From assembly GCA_051294375.1 (NCBI GenBank), contig CM119269.1:15077918-15141917 (forward strand): a stretch of 64,000 nt of DNA, in the 5' to 3' direction. Made by a program: the position numbers and the translations under genes. Shown piece by piece: positions 14,498 to 49,009 of the stretch (within the stretch, counting starts at the first letter, position 1; every line of letters starts with the position of its first letter). The notes under the pieces were generated by a model, which made no database searches, was not told the DNA's origin, and was given only the letters and a program-made list of their open reading frames with translations. The DNA is from Paraspadella gotoi. Its lineage: Eukaryota > Animalia > Chaetognatha.

Positions 14498-16104
14498 GAG
14501 AGGAGAAGAGAGAGAGAGAGAGAGAGAAGAGAGGAGAGAGAGAGATATATAAATCTAAATTTTTCAAACATAAAATTCACCAGAAAAGAAACAAAAGAAA
14601 GAGATGACAGATTTATAAAAGGGGCAATACTTTAATATGACAAGGGGTTTAATTAAAAAAAAACAGTCCCTATCCGCGGTCGTGCTTCTATCGATTTCTT
14701 GCAAAGCTTAGAATATTTGTTTCTGCTGTTAGTCACAAAAGAACGGAACTAAATGGTTTAAATATTGAACCACTTAGGGGTACATAAACATTCACTCGTA
14801 TGATCGAACGCGCGTTAAGCTTTTGTCCGAGACGACCGACGAGCTTGGACAGATTTTAGCATCAATGCCAATTACATCCCGGGAACATCAGTCACCCAGA
14901 GAAATTCATCGCCACTCAAGGTTTTAAACTTTGGCAAAAATAAAGGATTACCTGGATTAGTAAATCACTACTTATTAATTAGAAACCTTTCATTGCGACC
15001 AATAATTTTAATATTTAATAGGGTCCCGAAAGAGAACACTTCCACAAGATTTTTGGAGGAATGGTTTGGGAACAAGGAGGAAAACGATTGTTATGTGACG
15101 AATGTTGTGGTGAGTAATTAATAAAATAAAGTTTGTTTTTTGCTACCAGATAATTAAGAGTTAATACTGGACTCTCTCTCTCTCTCTTTCCATTTTCTTG
15201 TCTCCTAAAAAAGAGAATAAGCAACCGATTTCCTTTGATTAATTTAATGTTTCTATCCTATCTCAAATAATTTAAAAATTTCTCTAAGCATTCTCAGGAA
15301 AAAGGGAAGGAAAAAGTGCTATCAATACTGCTAAGTGCAAAGAAGGACAGTGTGACCTATGGAGATCTGCAACGTGACAACTCTGAACAGAGTGGTGATG
15401 GATGACTGGACCATAATCCGTCATCGCCCTCGACTTTGGTGACGTCGAAGAGACGCGAGGTCACCCATTTTCCACATACCTCCTGGCCGGACCTCGGCGT
15501 TTCCCCAAAAACCACCAGAGCCTCATCGAACTTTGTTCCATTTGTTCCCGAGAGATCCGTGCCAATCGGCTGGGTCCGATCATCGTTCATATGCAGGTGT
15601 TTGTGTTGCGGTGGTATTGAGATTAAAATGTAGTGAATGCTTGGAAGGTATGTAATTCAAAATATTTAAAATAAACTGCCAAATATGTATTTTTGGTCAG
15701 TATATTTTATATAATACATACTCGTTAGAAAATTAATTTTAAGGAAAAACTTTTTACTAAATTATATAATTTCTTGTGAATTTTTTTCGCGTGACCGGAG
15801 TTGGTCGATCAGGAACCTTCATCGCTCGTCGACACGGCTCTCATCACTATCGCCCGTCAACGATTACGTAGACAATTTTGAAGATCGTTTAACCGAATGC
15901 GCAAGAATCGAGTCCTCATGGTGCAGAACTGAAGCGCAGTATCAATCTTCCTCCACCGGTGCGTCCTCGAAGCGTTCAATACAGAACAACAACGAATCCG
16001 ATGATATCTTACGAAACGACGCCATTTACGTCGGCAATTTACTTCCTGAACGACCATCACGTTTACATGAATCCTGCGTTTGAAAAAGATGATTACTGAC
16101 TTTA
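1..16104 (+). other. Indel-riddled duplicate copy of the R3 receptor tyrosine phosphatase gene (probable uncollapsed haplotype or unpolished sequence; pseudogene not excluded)
   Basis: 9950-17917 is colinear with ~29530-37185, including introns, the (GA)n tract and the 3' flank. It differs mostly by scattered 1-2 bp indels in exons and introns alike. Confidence 0.85.
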
Positions 16105-17719
16105 GTTTTAAAATTTATTTTGCCCGGTGAACGGACGGACATGGGCGAATATTTTTAAACGGTGTTTGTGTCTTGTCAGATTGATTTTTGATATTTTCAG
16201 GCATTTGGATTTTTTGCGTTAATTTTTGTTTTGCAGGCATTTCAATTTTTCTTTAAACCAATTTATTGAAAGTAATTGTCCATACTATTGATATGATTTG
16301 TAAATGACTTGTTTAATCACGTAATAAGATGGATACTAATGCCAAATTTAAATTATATTGGGTTTGGTATTGATTAAAAGAGATGTTTTTCGTTTCATTT
16401 ATATGAAAATTTTTAATTATTTGCCTGGCGAAAGTAAAATATAGCCATTTGTCAATACTTTAGCAAATTAACAAACTACTTTTTTATAATTTTAATAAAA
16501 CAATAAACAAATCTATTAAGTTTACAACAACTTAGAACTTGATCATTCAACAAATCAACAGTTTGTCATTATCGGTTCCGCTGTCCAGTAATGTTTTCTC
16601 TCTTCGTCCGTCGGCGTCCTCGCTCTTCGTCGCCTTCGTTAATCAAGAGCAGAACTCGTGATGTCTAAGACGCATCACTCACGCCCTACCTCCGTCGGTC
16701 TACTGCAGTCTGTCTGGCCGTCCATCTGATCTAAAATCGGGATCTTCGCCCACCCGCACGACTCCTTTCCGTCTCCCTGTTAGGAGACGTATAGCTTCGT
16801 TTCATTTTTTCTTTCCGGACACTGAGTTCTATTTGGTCTGATGCCTCTCCGAAATTACGTACAATTGAATTTATGCTAAATTTCCCAGTTCCTATTTATT
16901 ATTTACAGGAAGTAACGGTTATTTGCCGTCAAAAAACGTGTTGAATCCTCGTCCCGTGGAGTTACCCGTTCAGTTCACACGTTCGTACCTGTTCCTGTTC
17001 CGATGACGCCGGGAAACCCGGTCGTCGAAATCGGTAGTTTTGGGGAGAAATGTACTGTCGCATAAGATCGTTCGTTATCAGGATGACACTCTAAAGGATG
17101 GGTCAAACGTCAAGACCTGAACTTTCATTAAGTCTGAAAAGAACCCCCTGCTTCGCGAGCGGAGAGGAAATAGTCGTCTAGTCTCAAGACTTTTACAAGT
17201 CCGATTTTAACCAGTCCTGTGCAAAAAAAGTCGCTCTTAAATCAATAAATTGCGCGCGTTCATGCATGTATTATTAAAAAAAATTGAATAATGATGTATA
17301 TTTTTAAAACGAGAATCCCAATTTGTAAATATTAAAAGAAAATCGGTCCAGCCATTTAAGAACAAATAAATACCTGAAAAGAGAATTGTCAAAATAAAAT
17401 TTTGGGGAGAAAACACATTTAAAAATATTTAAAGATATGCAGAACCCGAAGACACTTTTAGTCTTAATTTCTGGGCGTTATATTCCTGTCAAATTATAAA
17501 AAATTTTTAGATGGGATGGTGGATTTTTGAAAAAATAATTCATTTGTATAAATTATTAAAAAAATCGTGTCATTAAAAGCATGACTGCACCCTAAACCTA
17601 AAAAAAATTAAGGCAAATTTTATTCTATAATTAATATGAACAATCTATGAACCGATTTCATGCAATATATTCAGATAAAGTAACATTTCTTTGGCTTAAA
17701 ATCTGTAAACTGTTTGATA

Positions 17720-17860
17720 GCAGGGTCATTGGTGCAGGAGGCAAAGTTCTTCGCCTCCAATCTGAAGTTCCGGGTTCTAGCCCGGTGGCTGCCTCGCAGT
17801 TAAGTGTTAGTCTGATCCGAAGCTCAGGGACTAGCTTAAATTAAACGGTTCTTATCACTC
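17720..17860 (+). mobile_element. tRNA-derived SINE-like repeat (copy-1 counterpart of 36990-37130)
   Basis: A-box-like TGGTGCAGGAGG and B-box-like GGTTCTAGCCC, followed by a non-tRNA tail shared with 36990-37130 and, inverted, with 41333-41450. Confidence 0.6.
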
Positions 17861-17915
17861 TTCAGCTAGCTTCATAAAAATTATCCTAAATATATTCTGT
17901 CTTCACTCTTCACAA

Positions 17916-19140
17916 TTTTTAGTCGGATCTGCTTATCACAGATCCCCGACTCTATAACCTGCACTTTTATAACTCACTTTTTCGGTCCGGTGCGTGCCGC
18001 CCCATTCATATGTCGGGCAGCAGCCCTCAAGCATATTACACATTAATCATGTGTCAAGACATCGAATATGATAAATTAATGCAAAAAAAATGATGTCCGT
18101 CGGTCCGTCTGTCCGTCCGTCCGCCGTCCGTCACCGTCCGTCCGTCCGTTCCGTCCGTCCGTCCCACTCTTAGCAAAAACACCAATTACTCGTGATGGGA
18201 TGGTGGATTTAAATGAAATTTTGTTGTGTGGATAGGTAAGTGGTGATTGAGCTGGATATGAAGTTTCGATGGAATCGTCCGAGTGGAAATGAGTTTAAAT
18301 GGAAAAAACAAAAAAAATATATTCACTATTTTGAACACACCATTGCTCATGAGTGGATGGGCTGATTGACCTGGAATTTTGTAATGTGGGTGGAAAGTGT
18401 GTGATTGAACAGGAAATCAAGTTTCGATGGAAATAGTTTGGTGGAACTGAGTTTAAATGGAAAAAAACAAAAACCCTGTTTACTAAAATTGATTATGCTT
18501 CTTTTTCCTTTAATATTAAATGTATCTCAGGATTGTATTAATAAATCAAATAATCGAGTTTAATTATCAATTAAGTAATAAATAATCAATAATTAATTAA
18601 TTAGTCATCATCCGTCCATCGTCCCAGCTTAGGCAAAAGCTCCAATAACTCGTGATGGCTGGTTGGAATGGAATTAAATTTTTGTGTGTGGGTAGGAAAG
18701 TGTGTGATAGCTGATATAATTTCGATTGGAATCGTGTGAGTGGAATTAGTTTTAAATGGAAAAAACATAAGTCGAATTACTAAAATCTTTTTACTTAATT
18801 TTAAACCAATAAATTAACTCCAATTAATCTAATTGGATGGATAGATTGAGTTGAAATTTTTGTGGTGTGGTAGGTAAAACGTATGACGAAGCTTATATAA
18901 AGTTTCAGTGAAACGTACCAGTGAAATGAGTTTAAATGAAAAAATATGAGTCACATTTACTTGAATCTTTTTATTATGTTAACCCATGATAGATTGAGTG
19001 AAATTTTGTGAGCCGGTAGGAAGTGAGTGAAGAGCTAGATAATAGAAAGTTTTGAACGGAATGCAAGTTGAAAAAAATTATGCAAGTTGAAAATGATGCA
19101 AGTTAAAAAAGAGGATCTTAAAGACATGAGGATCGTCGCT
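17916..19140 (+). mobile_element. Helentron-associated (HINE/DINE-1-like) non-autonomous element, 3' end not seen
   Basis: Starts TTTTAGTCGGATCTGCTTAT..CAGATCCCCGAC (sub-terminal repeat plus short inverted repeat). Has a (GTCC)n microsatellite at ~18095-18163 and an internal degenerate tandem repeat. Same family at 41590-42343 and 60722-61420. Confidence 0.7.
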
Positions 19141-19315
19141 ATTGCAGTAAAAGAGAGAGAGAGAGAGAAAAAGATGACGTGAGAGAGAGAGAGAGTGAGC
19201 GAGAAAGGAGAGAGGTGAAGAGAGAGAGAGAGAAGAAGGAGAGAGAAGGAGACATAAAATAAAAAAATCTTAAAGACTCAAAGATCGAGCCAGAGCCCAC
19301 TATCATTAGAAAATT

Positions 19316-35415
<16,100 letters not shown>

Positions 35416-35883
35416 TTAAAATTATTTTGCCCCGTTGAACGGACGGACATGGCGAATATTTTTAAACGGTGTTTGTGTCTTGTCAGATTGATTTTTGATT
35501 ATTTCAGGCATTTGGATTTTTTGCGTTAATTTTTGTTTTGCAGCATTTCAATTTTTCTTTAAACAATTATTGAAGTATTGTCAATACTATTGATATGATT
35601 TGTAAATGACTTGTTTAATACGTATAAGATGGATACTAAATGCCAAATTTAAATTATTTTGTTTGGTAATTGATTAAAAGAGATGTTTTCGTTTCATTTA
35701 TAATGAAATTTTTATTATTTGCCTGGCGAAAGTAAAATTTAGCCATTTGTCTAATACTTTACAAATTAACAAACTACTTTTTATAATTTTAATAAACAAT
35801 AAAAACAAATCTATTAAGTTACAACAACATTAGAACTTGATCATTCAACAAATCAAGTTGTCATTATCGGTTCCGCTGTTCAG

Positions 35884-36465
35884 ATGTTTTCTCTCTTCGT
35901 CCGTCGGCGTCCCCTCTCGTCGCCTTCGTTAAATCAGAGCATGACTCGATGAGTCTAAGACTCATCACTCACGCCCCTAACCCTCCGTCGGTCTATCAGT
36001 CTGTCTGGCCGTCCATCTGATCTAAATCGGATCTTCGCCCACCCGCCGACTCTTTCGTCTCCCTGTTAGGAGACGTTATACTTCGTTTCATTTTTTCTTT
36101 CCGACACTGAGTTTCTATTTGTCTGATGCTCTCGAAATTACGTACAATTGAATTTTATCTTAAATTTCCCAGTATCCTATTTATTATTTACAGGAAAGTA
36201 ACGGTATTTGCCGTCAAAAACTGTGTTGAATCCTTCGTCGGGAGTTACCCGTTCAGTTCACACGTTCGTACCTGGTCTGTTCCGCATGACGCCGGGAAAC
36301 CGGTCGTCGAATATCGGTGAGTTTTGGGGAGAAATGTTATGTCGCATAAGATCGTTCGTTATCAGGATGACCACTCTAAAGGATGGTCAAACGTCAAGAC
36401 TGACTTTCATTAAGTCTGAAAAGAACCACCTCTTCGACCGAGCGGAGAGGAAGATAGTCGTCTAG
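35884..36465 (+). CDS. Candidate small spliced gene of unknown function (~115 aa)
   Basis: Phase-compatible exons 36070-36141, 36194-36316 (tttacag acceptor, gtgagt donor) and 36366-36465 give RRYTSFHFFFPTLSFYLSDALEITKVTVFAVKNCVESFVGSYPF...RKIVV*. The putative first exon MFSLFVRRRPLSSPSLNQSMTR lacks a canonical GT donor as assembled. No recognised family. Confidence 0.3.
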
Positions 36466-36989
36466 TCTCAAGACTTTACAAGTCGATTTTACAGTCCTGT
36501 GCAAAAAAAGTCGCTCTTAAATCATAAATTGCGCGCGGTTCATGCATGTATTATTAAAAAAATTGAATAATGAATGTATATTTTTAAAAGAGGAATCCAT
36601 ATTTGTAATTTAAAAGAAAATCGGTCCAGCCATTTAAGAACAATAATACCTGAAAGAGAATTGGTCAAAAATAAAATTTTGGGGAGAAACACATTTAAAA
36701 ATATTTAAAGATCTGCAGAAACCCGAAGACACTTTTTAGTCTTAATTTCTGGGCGTTATATTCCTGTATTATAAAAAATTTAGAATGGGAAATGTGGATT
36801 TTTGAAAAATAAATTCATTTGTATAAATTATTAAAAAAATCGTGTCATTAAAAAGCTACTGCACCCTAAACCTAAAAATAAGCAAATTTTATTCTTATAA
36901 TTATATGAACAATCTATGAACCGGATTTCATGCTATATATTCAGATAAAAGTAACATTTCTTTTGGCTTAAAATCTGTAAAACTGTTGA

Positions 36990-37130
36990 TAGCGGGTCAT
37001 TGGTGCAGGAGGCAAGTCATTCGCCTCCCAATCTGAAGTTCCGGGGTTCTAGCCCGGTGGCTGCCTCGCAGTTAAGTGTTAGTCTGATCCGAAGCTCAGG
37101 GACTGCTTAAATTAAACGGTTCTATCACTA
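36990..37130 (+). mobile_element. tRNA-derived SINE-like repeat
   Basis: Pol III A/B-box-like motifs plus a tail that recurs inverted at 41333-41450. Confidence 0.6.
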
Positions 37131-38242
37131 CTTCACTAGCTCATAAAAATTATCCTAAATTATTCTGTCTTCACTCTTCACATTTTTTTTCATATTACTG
37201 CTTATTTTTGATTTTTAGTTTTAAGTTTTAATATTAAAATTGAGTACTATATAATCATGATTTTTAGATAGTGCCGACCTCTGTTTTGGATATTATTGAC
37301 ATTTAGTATATCCGAAATTTATGGTGTATTTTGGAAGCGAGATCGAGATATTTGATAAGCCCGGTTTAAAAAATATTTCAAAATAATACAATTTCAAAAG
37401 CGAGATGCTCGAGCTAAGTTGATCCGATTTCGTGAACCTGAGTCGAAGGCGGTCGTTTCAATTCAGTTCGCAGAATATCCTATGCCTCGCGAAGGGCATG
37501 TTTCCAAACTTCGAAGAGATTTTCTCAATCCCTCGCGTCGCTAAGTTCTGGGTGAGGCTAAGAAAACCACATTCCAGCAGAATTTGCATCGATAAAAACT
37601 TAAAACAGTTTGAAGTAATTTTAAATATTCGTCCGCAAACGAACAGGGAGGACAAGCAGCGAAATATCAAATTCTAAATTCGAAGAGCTAAGTCGGGAAT
37701 CGCACAACGAATTTATTCAAACTCAGCACTCCATTGGCCGCTCTACAAGCGGATTCTTATTCTCGGTCTTGGGTTTTTTAAATTTCTCGGCCGAGTTGGG
37801 GAAAGGAATTGGGTTTGATACGAAATGCTTTTCTCCTCAGCAAGAGACTTTCAACGCAGTATTATCCTATTCTTTCTCCGCATATAAAGCTCTATGCGGA
37901 GTCGATCGTGGATTTCCGGATAAAGAGAAACAAAATTGGTCGTTCGTTCTCACCGACCCGTTGGTTGATTGTTGCCCCAATCCCGCTCCTCCCCTTTCGT
38001 TCAACCGGTTTGGCGACTCGGCGAAAACTCGTCCGTCAGGACGCACGACATTCGTCGAGTCTATTTCGCTGAGACTGCACAAAAACAATCGTCATCATCA
38101 TCCTCGGCCTATGTTTTTGTGGGAGCCACGAGTCTCGGGAGCTCGATTGGTGGACGCCGGAATTCGAATCGCCCGACCCTTTTTTTTTTGTTCCATCGTT
38201 TAATATCATTGAAAGAAAATTATCCGAAGCTCAAAACAAACG

Positions 38243-43487
<5,245 letters not shown>

Positions 43488-44521
43488 TTCTCCCCGTTAA
43501 ACAATTGGATATTCTTTCAACCAAACTAACATAATCCCAAAAATGTAGAAAACATTTAAAACGGACAAACGCAAGTTTGTCTTGTTCCAAAACTGTTTTC
43601 ACATTTTTTGTATCGCGATTATTTTCTTAGGGGAGGCCATTTTCAAAAGTTACGTAACCCTTTTAATTTCATTTGATGCTATTGCTTTTTTTTTTCATGT
43701 CTAAATCTTTACTTTTGTTCAACGCCTGCTATCATTAATTCATTTTCAATCGGAAACTGTAACCAACGCTTTTTTTATAATGTGATAATTCTTCAATCCT
43801 CTTAGGTAGATTTTCTTTTGCGTCATTAATATATGAATGATTTGTTTGGTATTTAAACTCTTTCTGATAATTTATTATTGCGAGATATGACCTAAATTAA
43901 AGCTAGCTGTAATGTTTATTAATTAAGATCTACTTGAAATTCTTAGAATATTTCATATGAATATTACATGACAAGGGAGCAACTTCTCGGTATTAAAAAT
44001 AAGATATTATTCAGGATGAAGAATTAGAATACTCTATAACAAAATATTTTGCCGGATAAGTACTAATTACAGATTAACATGTCCCGTTATCATTTGTCCA
44101 TCTTTGCAAAGATCTTAAACCTGCGCCCGTCCCTATTTCGTTACTGCTGAAGAAAAGTGGATTGACTCGCATCCAACCAAGTACGAGGTACGAGTACTAA
44201 ATTAAATTAGGATAAATAGTTGTAAAATACCGACTACAATAAAAGGATTAAATTATAATGATCTTGAACAACAATCTAAATTGAATCAACTAGACATAAT
44301 GATTAGAAAAGATAAGCTGAATATCTTATTTATTCATTTCTATATCTCAACTCGACATAGTTTTGATTTGACCCCGCGTTTTGACTTTGATCGCTCGAAG
44401 GCCTCTCATTTTCAAGTCGCTGAAATTTTGTCAGGTGTTACAATTGAAACGAAGCTCTTTGTTCTCAGTGGTTTAAAAAGGCAATGAATTAGGGTCAGGC
44501 TGCATTCGGTTAAAATAAAGA

Positions 44522-47035
44522 ATGAAGATTTTATTTATAATCGCGTTAAAATTAGTCTTCGCTCGCTGCGAGGATTTTCTCCCCGGACTTTCCGCGGAAG
44601 AAATTAACCAGGTTTTTATTTGCGCTTCGGGAAATCACGGATTTTATTTGGTCTATAAATTATGTGATACTGAATAATTTTAATCAATTCTCGGCAGAGA
44701 GCTGCTATTACTATTAAACCCTTTTATCAAATAATACGGTATTAATAAGAAAGTGAATGCGGCCTAAGATTTAAGCTGCCGTTTCTTGTTTTCTCTTTAT
44801 ATCTGACATGAATGCAAAGGACTGACTTTTTACCAGCTGCCGACGCCGTACGGCAAGCAAGAGGAGTTTCCGGATGGGAAATCCATCGACGAAGTGATCG
44901 CCAATGCCGTAACCCAAACGGAGGGCGAGGATGAGTTGGGGGATGGAGATCTGCTGGTGGAAATGGACATGGTTTTGTCGAAGGAACGTTATCGAATGCA
45001 ATACAGAGGTCAGGAAATTATAATAACTTTGTAAGACATCCGACTAGTTATCTCAGGACACCTTCCGCCATTTTGTTAGGCTCTCATTATGCTGGAGGGG
45101 CTATGAAAAACAGTTGGTACCGTTGGCCGAAGGCAACAATTCCGTATCAAGTGTCTTCTTCTTTTTCTGGGGGCAAAGATAAATTCATTTATTCTGCCAT
45201 GAAGGTAATTATTGATGTATGATTCTGACAATTTTATTCATTTCAGTGTATGGTATAGTTGAATGATGTAAATATCTAAAAAATATTACCCGTTAAGCTT
45301 AACTGAGACATGGTTTAAACAATTGAAAATAACCTCAAGGAATGGATGGACAAAACTTGTATCGTGTTTACTCCGGCGGGAAGTGACAAACACAAGGAAG
45401 CAGGTCACAACCACAAAATCTCAATTTTTAGTGGAAGCGGATGTTATTCTGGCGTGGGATACAATCACGGGGATCACCGTGTCTCTCTCTCCTTGAGCGG
45501 ATGCGCTTATCACGGAACGGCGCTACATGAGTTGGGTCATTCCATTGGGCTGCATCACGAGCAGAGCCGCATTGATAGGTATCTTCTAATTTCTTCCAGA
45601 GAATTTTTGTCAATTTAAGAAAAACACGGTTCATTACGTTACAGAGATTCGGCTTTAAAAATAGCTTATGCCAATGTACCCAGTAATTTGGCTTACAACT
45701 TTCACAAACAAACAGACTCGGATCCAATGGGTGTCAAGTACGATTTTTGTTCTATTATGCATTACGGCAATACGGGTATGTAGTGTTTGCAGTCTTTGGC
45801 CTTTTTTATGGAACTAATTGTATTCAAAATCTCTGGTATTATTTCACAGCATTTTCTTCTAATGGAAAATTCTCAATATTAACCAGAAATCAAGATTATC
45901 AGTTTTCTATCGGAAACCCTGGGAGCAAGGTGTGGTTTTGATGAAATAATTCACTAAGATATAGATATAGACGAAGACAGCCGTTTCTAGCCGTTTAGAA
46001 ATTCAAATAATAAATGAAACTCTTTGCCCATTTTATTTTAAACCAGGGTCATAAGAATTCTCTCACTTTTACCGACGCCAAAATTGTCAATATAATGTAC
46101 AATTGCAACTCTCAATGCGATAAGAACGCAGCTTGTAAATCGCCGTGCTACGTAAATCACAAATGCCAGTGTCAATGCCCTTTACCCGCGGACGAGTGCC
46201 CCAAAAAACCTTGCAAAGATTACAGGTACATATTGACATGTTAGTATTCTTTACGGAGTTGAAAAATCAGAAAAATCTCCATTCTTTTGCATCTATTGTT
46301 AAGCGACACTAGCCAATGCCTATCGTGGAAGAGTTCCAATCGTTGTCACACCGGAAATACTTGGATGACGCGGAATTGCGCGGAAACCTGCGGATTTTGT
46401 GCCGAAGCCAAGAGAGTTTTAGGTACTTTGGTGCCACCACCTCTCACCGTCGCGCGTCATGACTTTCTCGCGCGTTTTTCCGCTCTTAGGGAAGGACCTC
46501 ATTATCGGCGAAGGGGAAACTGAAACCGGAGGCGGCGGCGAATCCGAAGTTACTCCCGATCCGAATCCACCCGTGACTGCTTCACCGGCCAAAGGCGAAC
46601 TTGGACCCAATTGCAAGGTCTGTCACTTCGTCACTTTCGGTCTTGTTCCTTTAATCATTCAAATTTCAATGCTTCTCGTTCTCAGGATCGCCAGGCGAAC
46701 TGCGGCGCCTTTGTCGAATTTTATCGTCACAACTGCTACACGGATAGCTCCGAGTTTTTGAGACCCATGTGCCCTAAATCTTGCGGAATTTGTCTGCCGT
46801 GTGAAGGTACGCAAACATGGCTGAAGGATAATCTTTTTAATCTTTATACAAATGTAATCGCCAGATCTGTATTATTTGAGTATTATTTAACAACAATTTT
46901 ACAATTTTTGTCACAGACTTGGATTCGAAATGTGCGAAATGGGCGAATCTTGGTTATTGTTACGAAAGGGGATTAAATGATCAGCACATTTACATGGCCG
47001 ATAACTGTAAACGTGCATGCGGATTTTGTATTTAG
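44522..47035 (+). CDS. Secreted astacin-family (M12A) zinc metalloprotease with Cys-rich linker and three ShKT domains
   Basis: Multi-exon. Signal peptide MKILFIIALKLVFARC, prodomain VEMDMVL, then WPKATIPY, the zinc motif HELGHSIGLHHEQSRIDR and the Met-turn YDFCSIMHY. Three ShKT modules end in CAETCGFC, CPKSCGIC and CKRACGFCI*. Confidence 0.93.
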
Positions 47036-47859
47036 TGACTGATATTTTATAATTAATGTAACATTAAATTAACATCACGTACTATTGACGTAAATTCTCA
47101 ATTCTATTTATTACCGCCAATAAACTTGAGGTAAAAATGTTCTTTATTAGTTTTAGCTTGATAAATCTTCGTTTCTGTTAAGTCCTGACGAGGGAGTTCT
47201 CTTTATTTCTGTAAAAATATATGAAAATCAATTCTCGATCGGATAATATGAATTATAAAACACATCCTGCAGTTCTAATCTAGTTATTCAGCAAGTATTT
47301 TTAGACCTAGTAAACAAATTAGGGTAAAATTTTATTTTCGCTGACCGGGGTTTTAGCCTTGTTATTTTTTAAATATTTATAAATATTGATTTAAGGGGTT
47401 AGGAGGGGTTAAGGGTAGTTTAGGGTTAAGGTTAAAAGTGAGAGTAATTAAATAAAAAAAATTTTAATTTCTTGTTTAAATAAATATTTTTAAGTAGTTT
47501 TTCAAAAAATGTAAAAATAAAATTTAGTCAAAATATTTTTAAAAAAATTATTATTTAATTATTTTAACCCTAAGCCCTTTTTAAACTTAACTCCCTTAAA
47601 AGTAAAATTAACCTCAAACTGGGGTAAAATTTTATTTTTACTGACCCGGGTTTTGAACTCTTTAAAAAACTTTTTTAAAAACTTTTTTAAAAAATTTATA
47701 GATAACGAAAATTATTTAATTACCCTAACCTTAAACTCTTTTAACCCTAACTACTAGTATGATGTGAAAAAAAATTTAGCATATAATACGTAAAAATAAA
47801 AACTATTAATTTAATTTAATTTCATACATTAGTGGGCACCAGTGAGCTACATTTATATA

Positions 47860-48220
47860 TAGTAATAAGTATATAATGGCTAAAATTTTAAAATAAAAAG
47901 TTTTAAATTTTAAGATTGGATTTGGATTCTTTGCAAAATGTTAATATATGAAAGTATGATTCTTTTTTAAAAATTATTTCATTAAGTTGGTCAAAAATCT
48001 AAAAAACTATATTTAAGATGTTAATTTTTAATTTCGAGCTTAAAAATATAGTTTTTTATAATTTTAACCTACTTAATGACATAATTTTTAAAAAATATTT
48101 ATATTTTCTTATAATAACTTTTAACAAGGAATTTGAATCTGTTTTCAGAGTTTAAAAAAAAACATTTTGAAATTTTGACATTATATAAGGGTAGTACTAT
48201 ATACAAAATAAGCTGACTGG
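47860..48220. repeat. AT-rich imperfect palindromic (fold-back) repeat; related copy at ~58480-58850
   Basis: Arms such as TTCATTAAGTTGGTCAAAAAT..AAAAACTATAT / ATATAGTTTTT..ATTTTAACCTACTTAATGA. The same motifs recur at 58600-58705. Confidence 0.6.
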
Positions 48221-49009
48221 GTTACTATATTCATAAAAAAAACTATAGATTAATATTCACTAATATAATAATTTTCAAAATATAACTGCTAAATTTTGAT
48301 CCAAACTTTCACTTCACCCAACTAACCACCTTTAACCCTAATTTTCCTTTAAACCATTCTTAACCTTCATACATAACATTTTAAAAAATGACTCAATTGG
48401 ATAAAACTAATTAAAAGGACCACTCCCATATAATTCATATAGTTCAATGATGCAATATGTTTTCACTAATCTCAAATTTTTCACCCCCGGCGACCGGAGA
48501 AGGCGAATTCTGAATTTAGTAATATTTTTCATTCGCCGACTAGGACTTTTGACGAATAGAATGTTTTAACTTCCTAATCGCCTTGCATTGCAATATTGTG
48601 AAAATGGTGAATCATACGCTATTTTGTTTTGCCATTCACCATTCTTTCATCAGCCAAACTTTTTCCTCTCTCCAGATGTCTCTCTTTTTACGGCCAACGG
48701 ATCATCGCTCTACCCAAAAAGTTGCTCTCGTTAGCGGCTTTGTTGGTCATTGCCTTTCTTTCTCAGCCTATAAAACTTTACACGTGTAATATATTGTAAT
48801 TTTAATACAATTTTCGTCGATTTCAGGTCGAAGGCGGATGCCCGGTTAAGGAAATCGATGGCACCTCGGGCGTCGCCAACCACTCCTTCGATCTCCTCTT
48901 ATTTATTTGGACTCTTTTTATCTAAAACCGACGCTTGACGTAAACTAATATTGGGATGAGTCAATTCGCGTTAGCGGGCGAGGTCCACCAACCGGCCAAG
49001 CGATTAAAG

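Noticed and set aside
47300-47760. Telomere-like TTAGGG/CCCTAA motifs
   Set aside because: Only scattered degenerate units within an AT-rich repeat, not a telomeric array.
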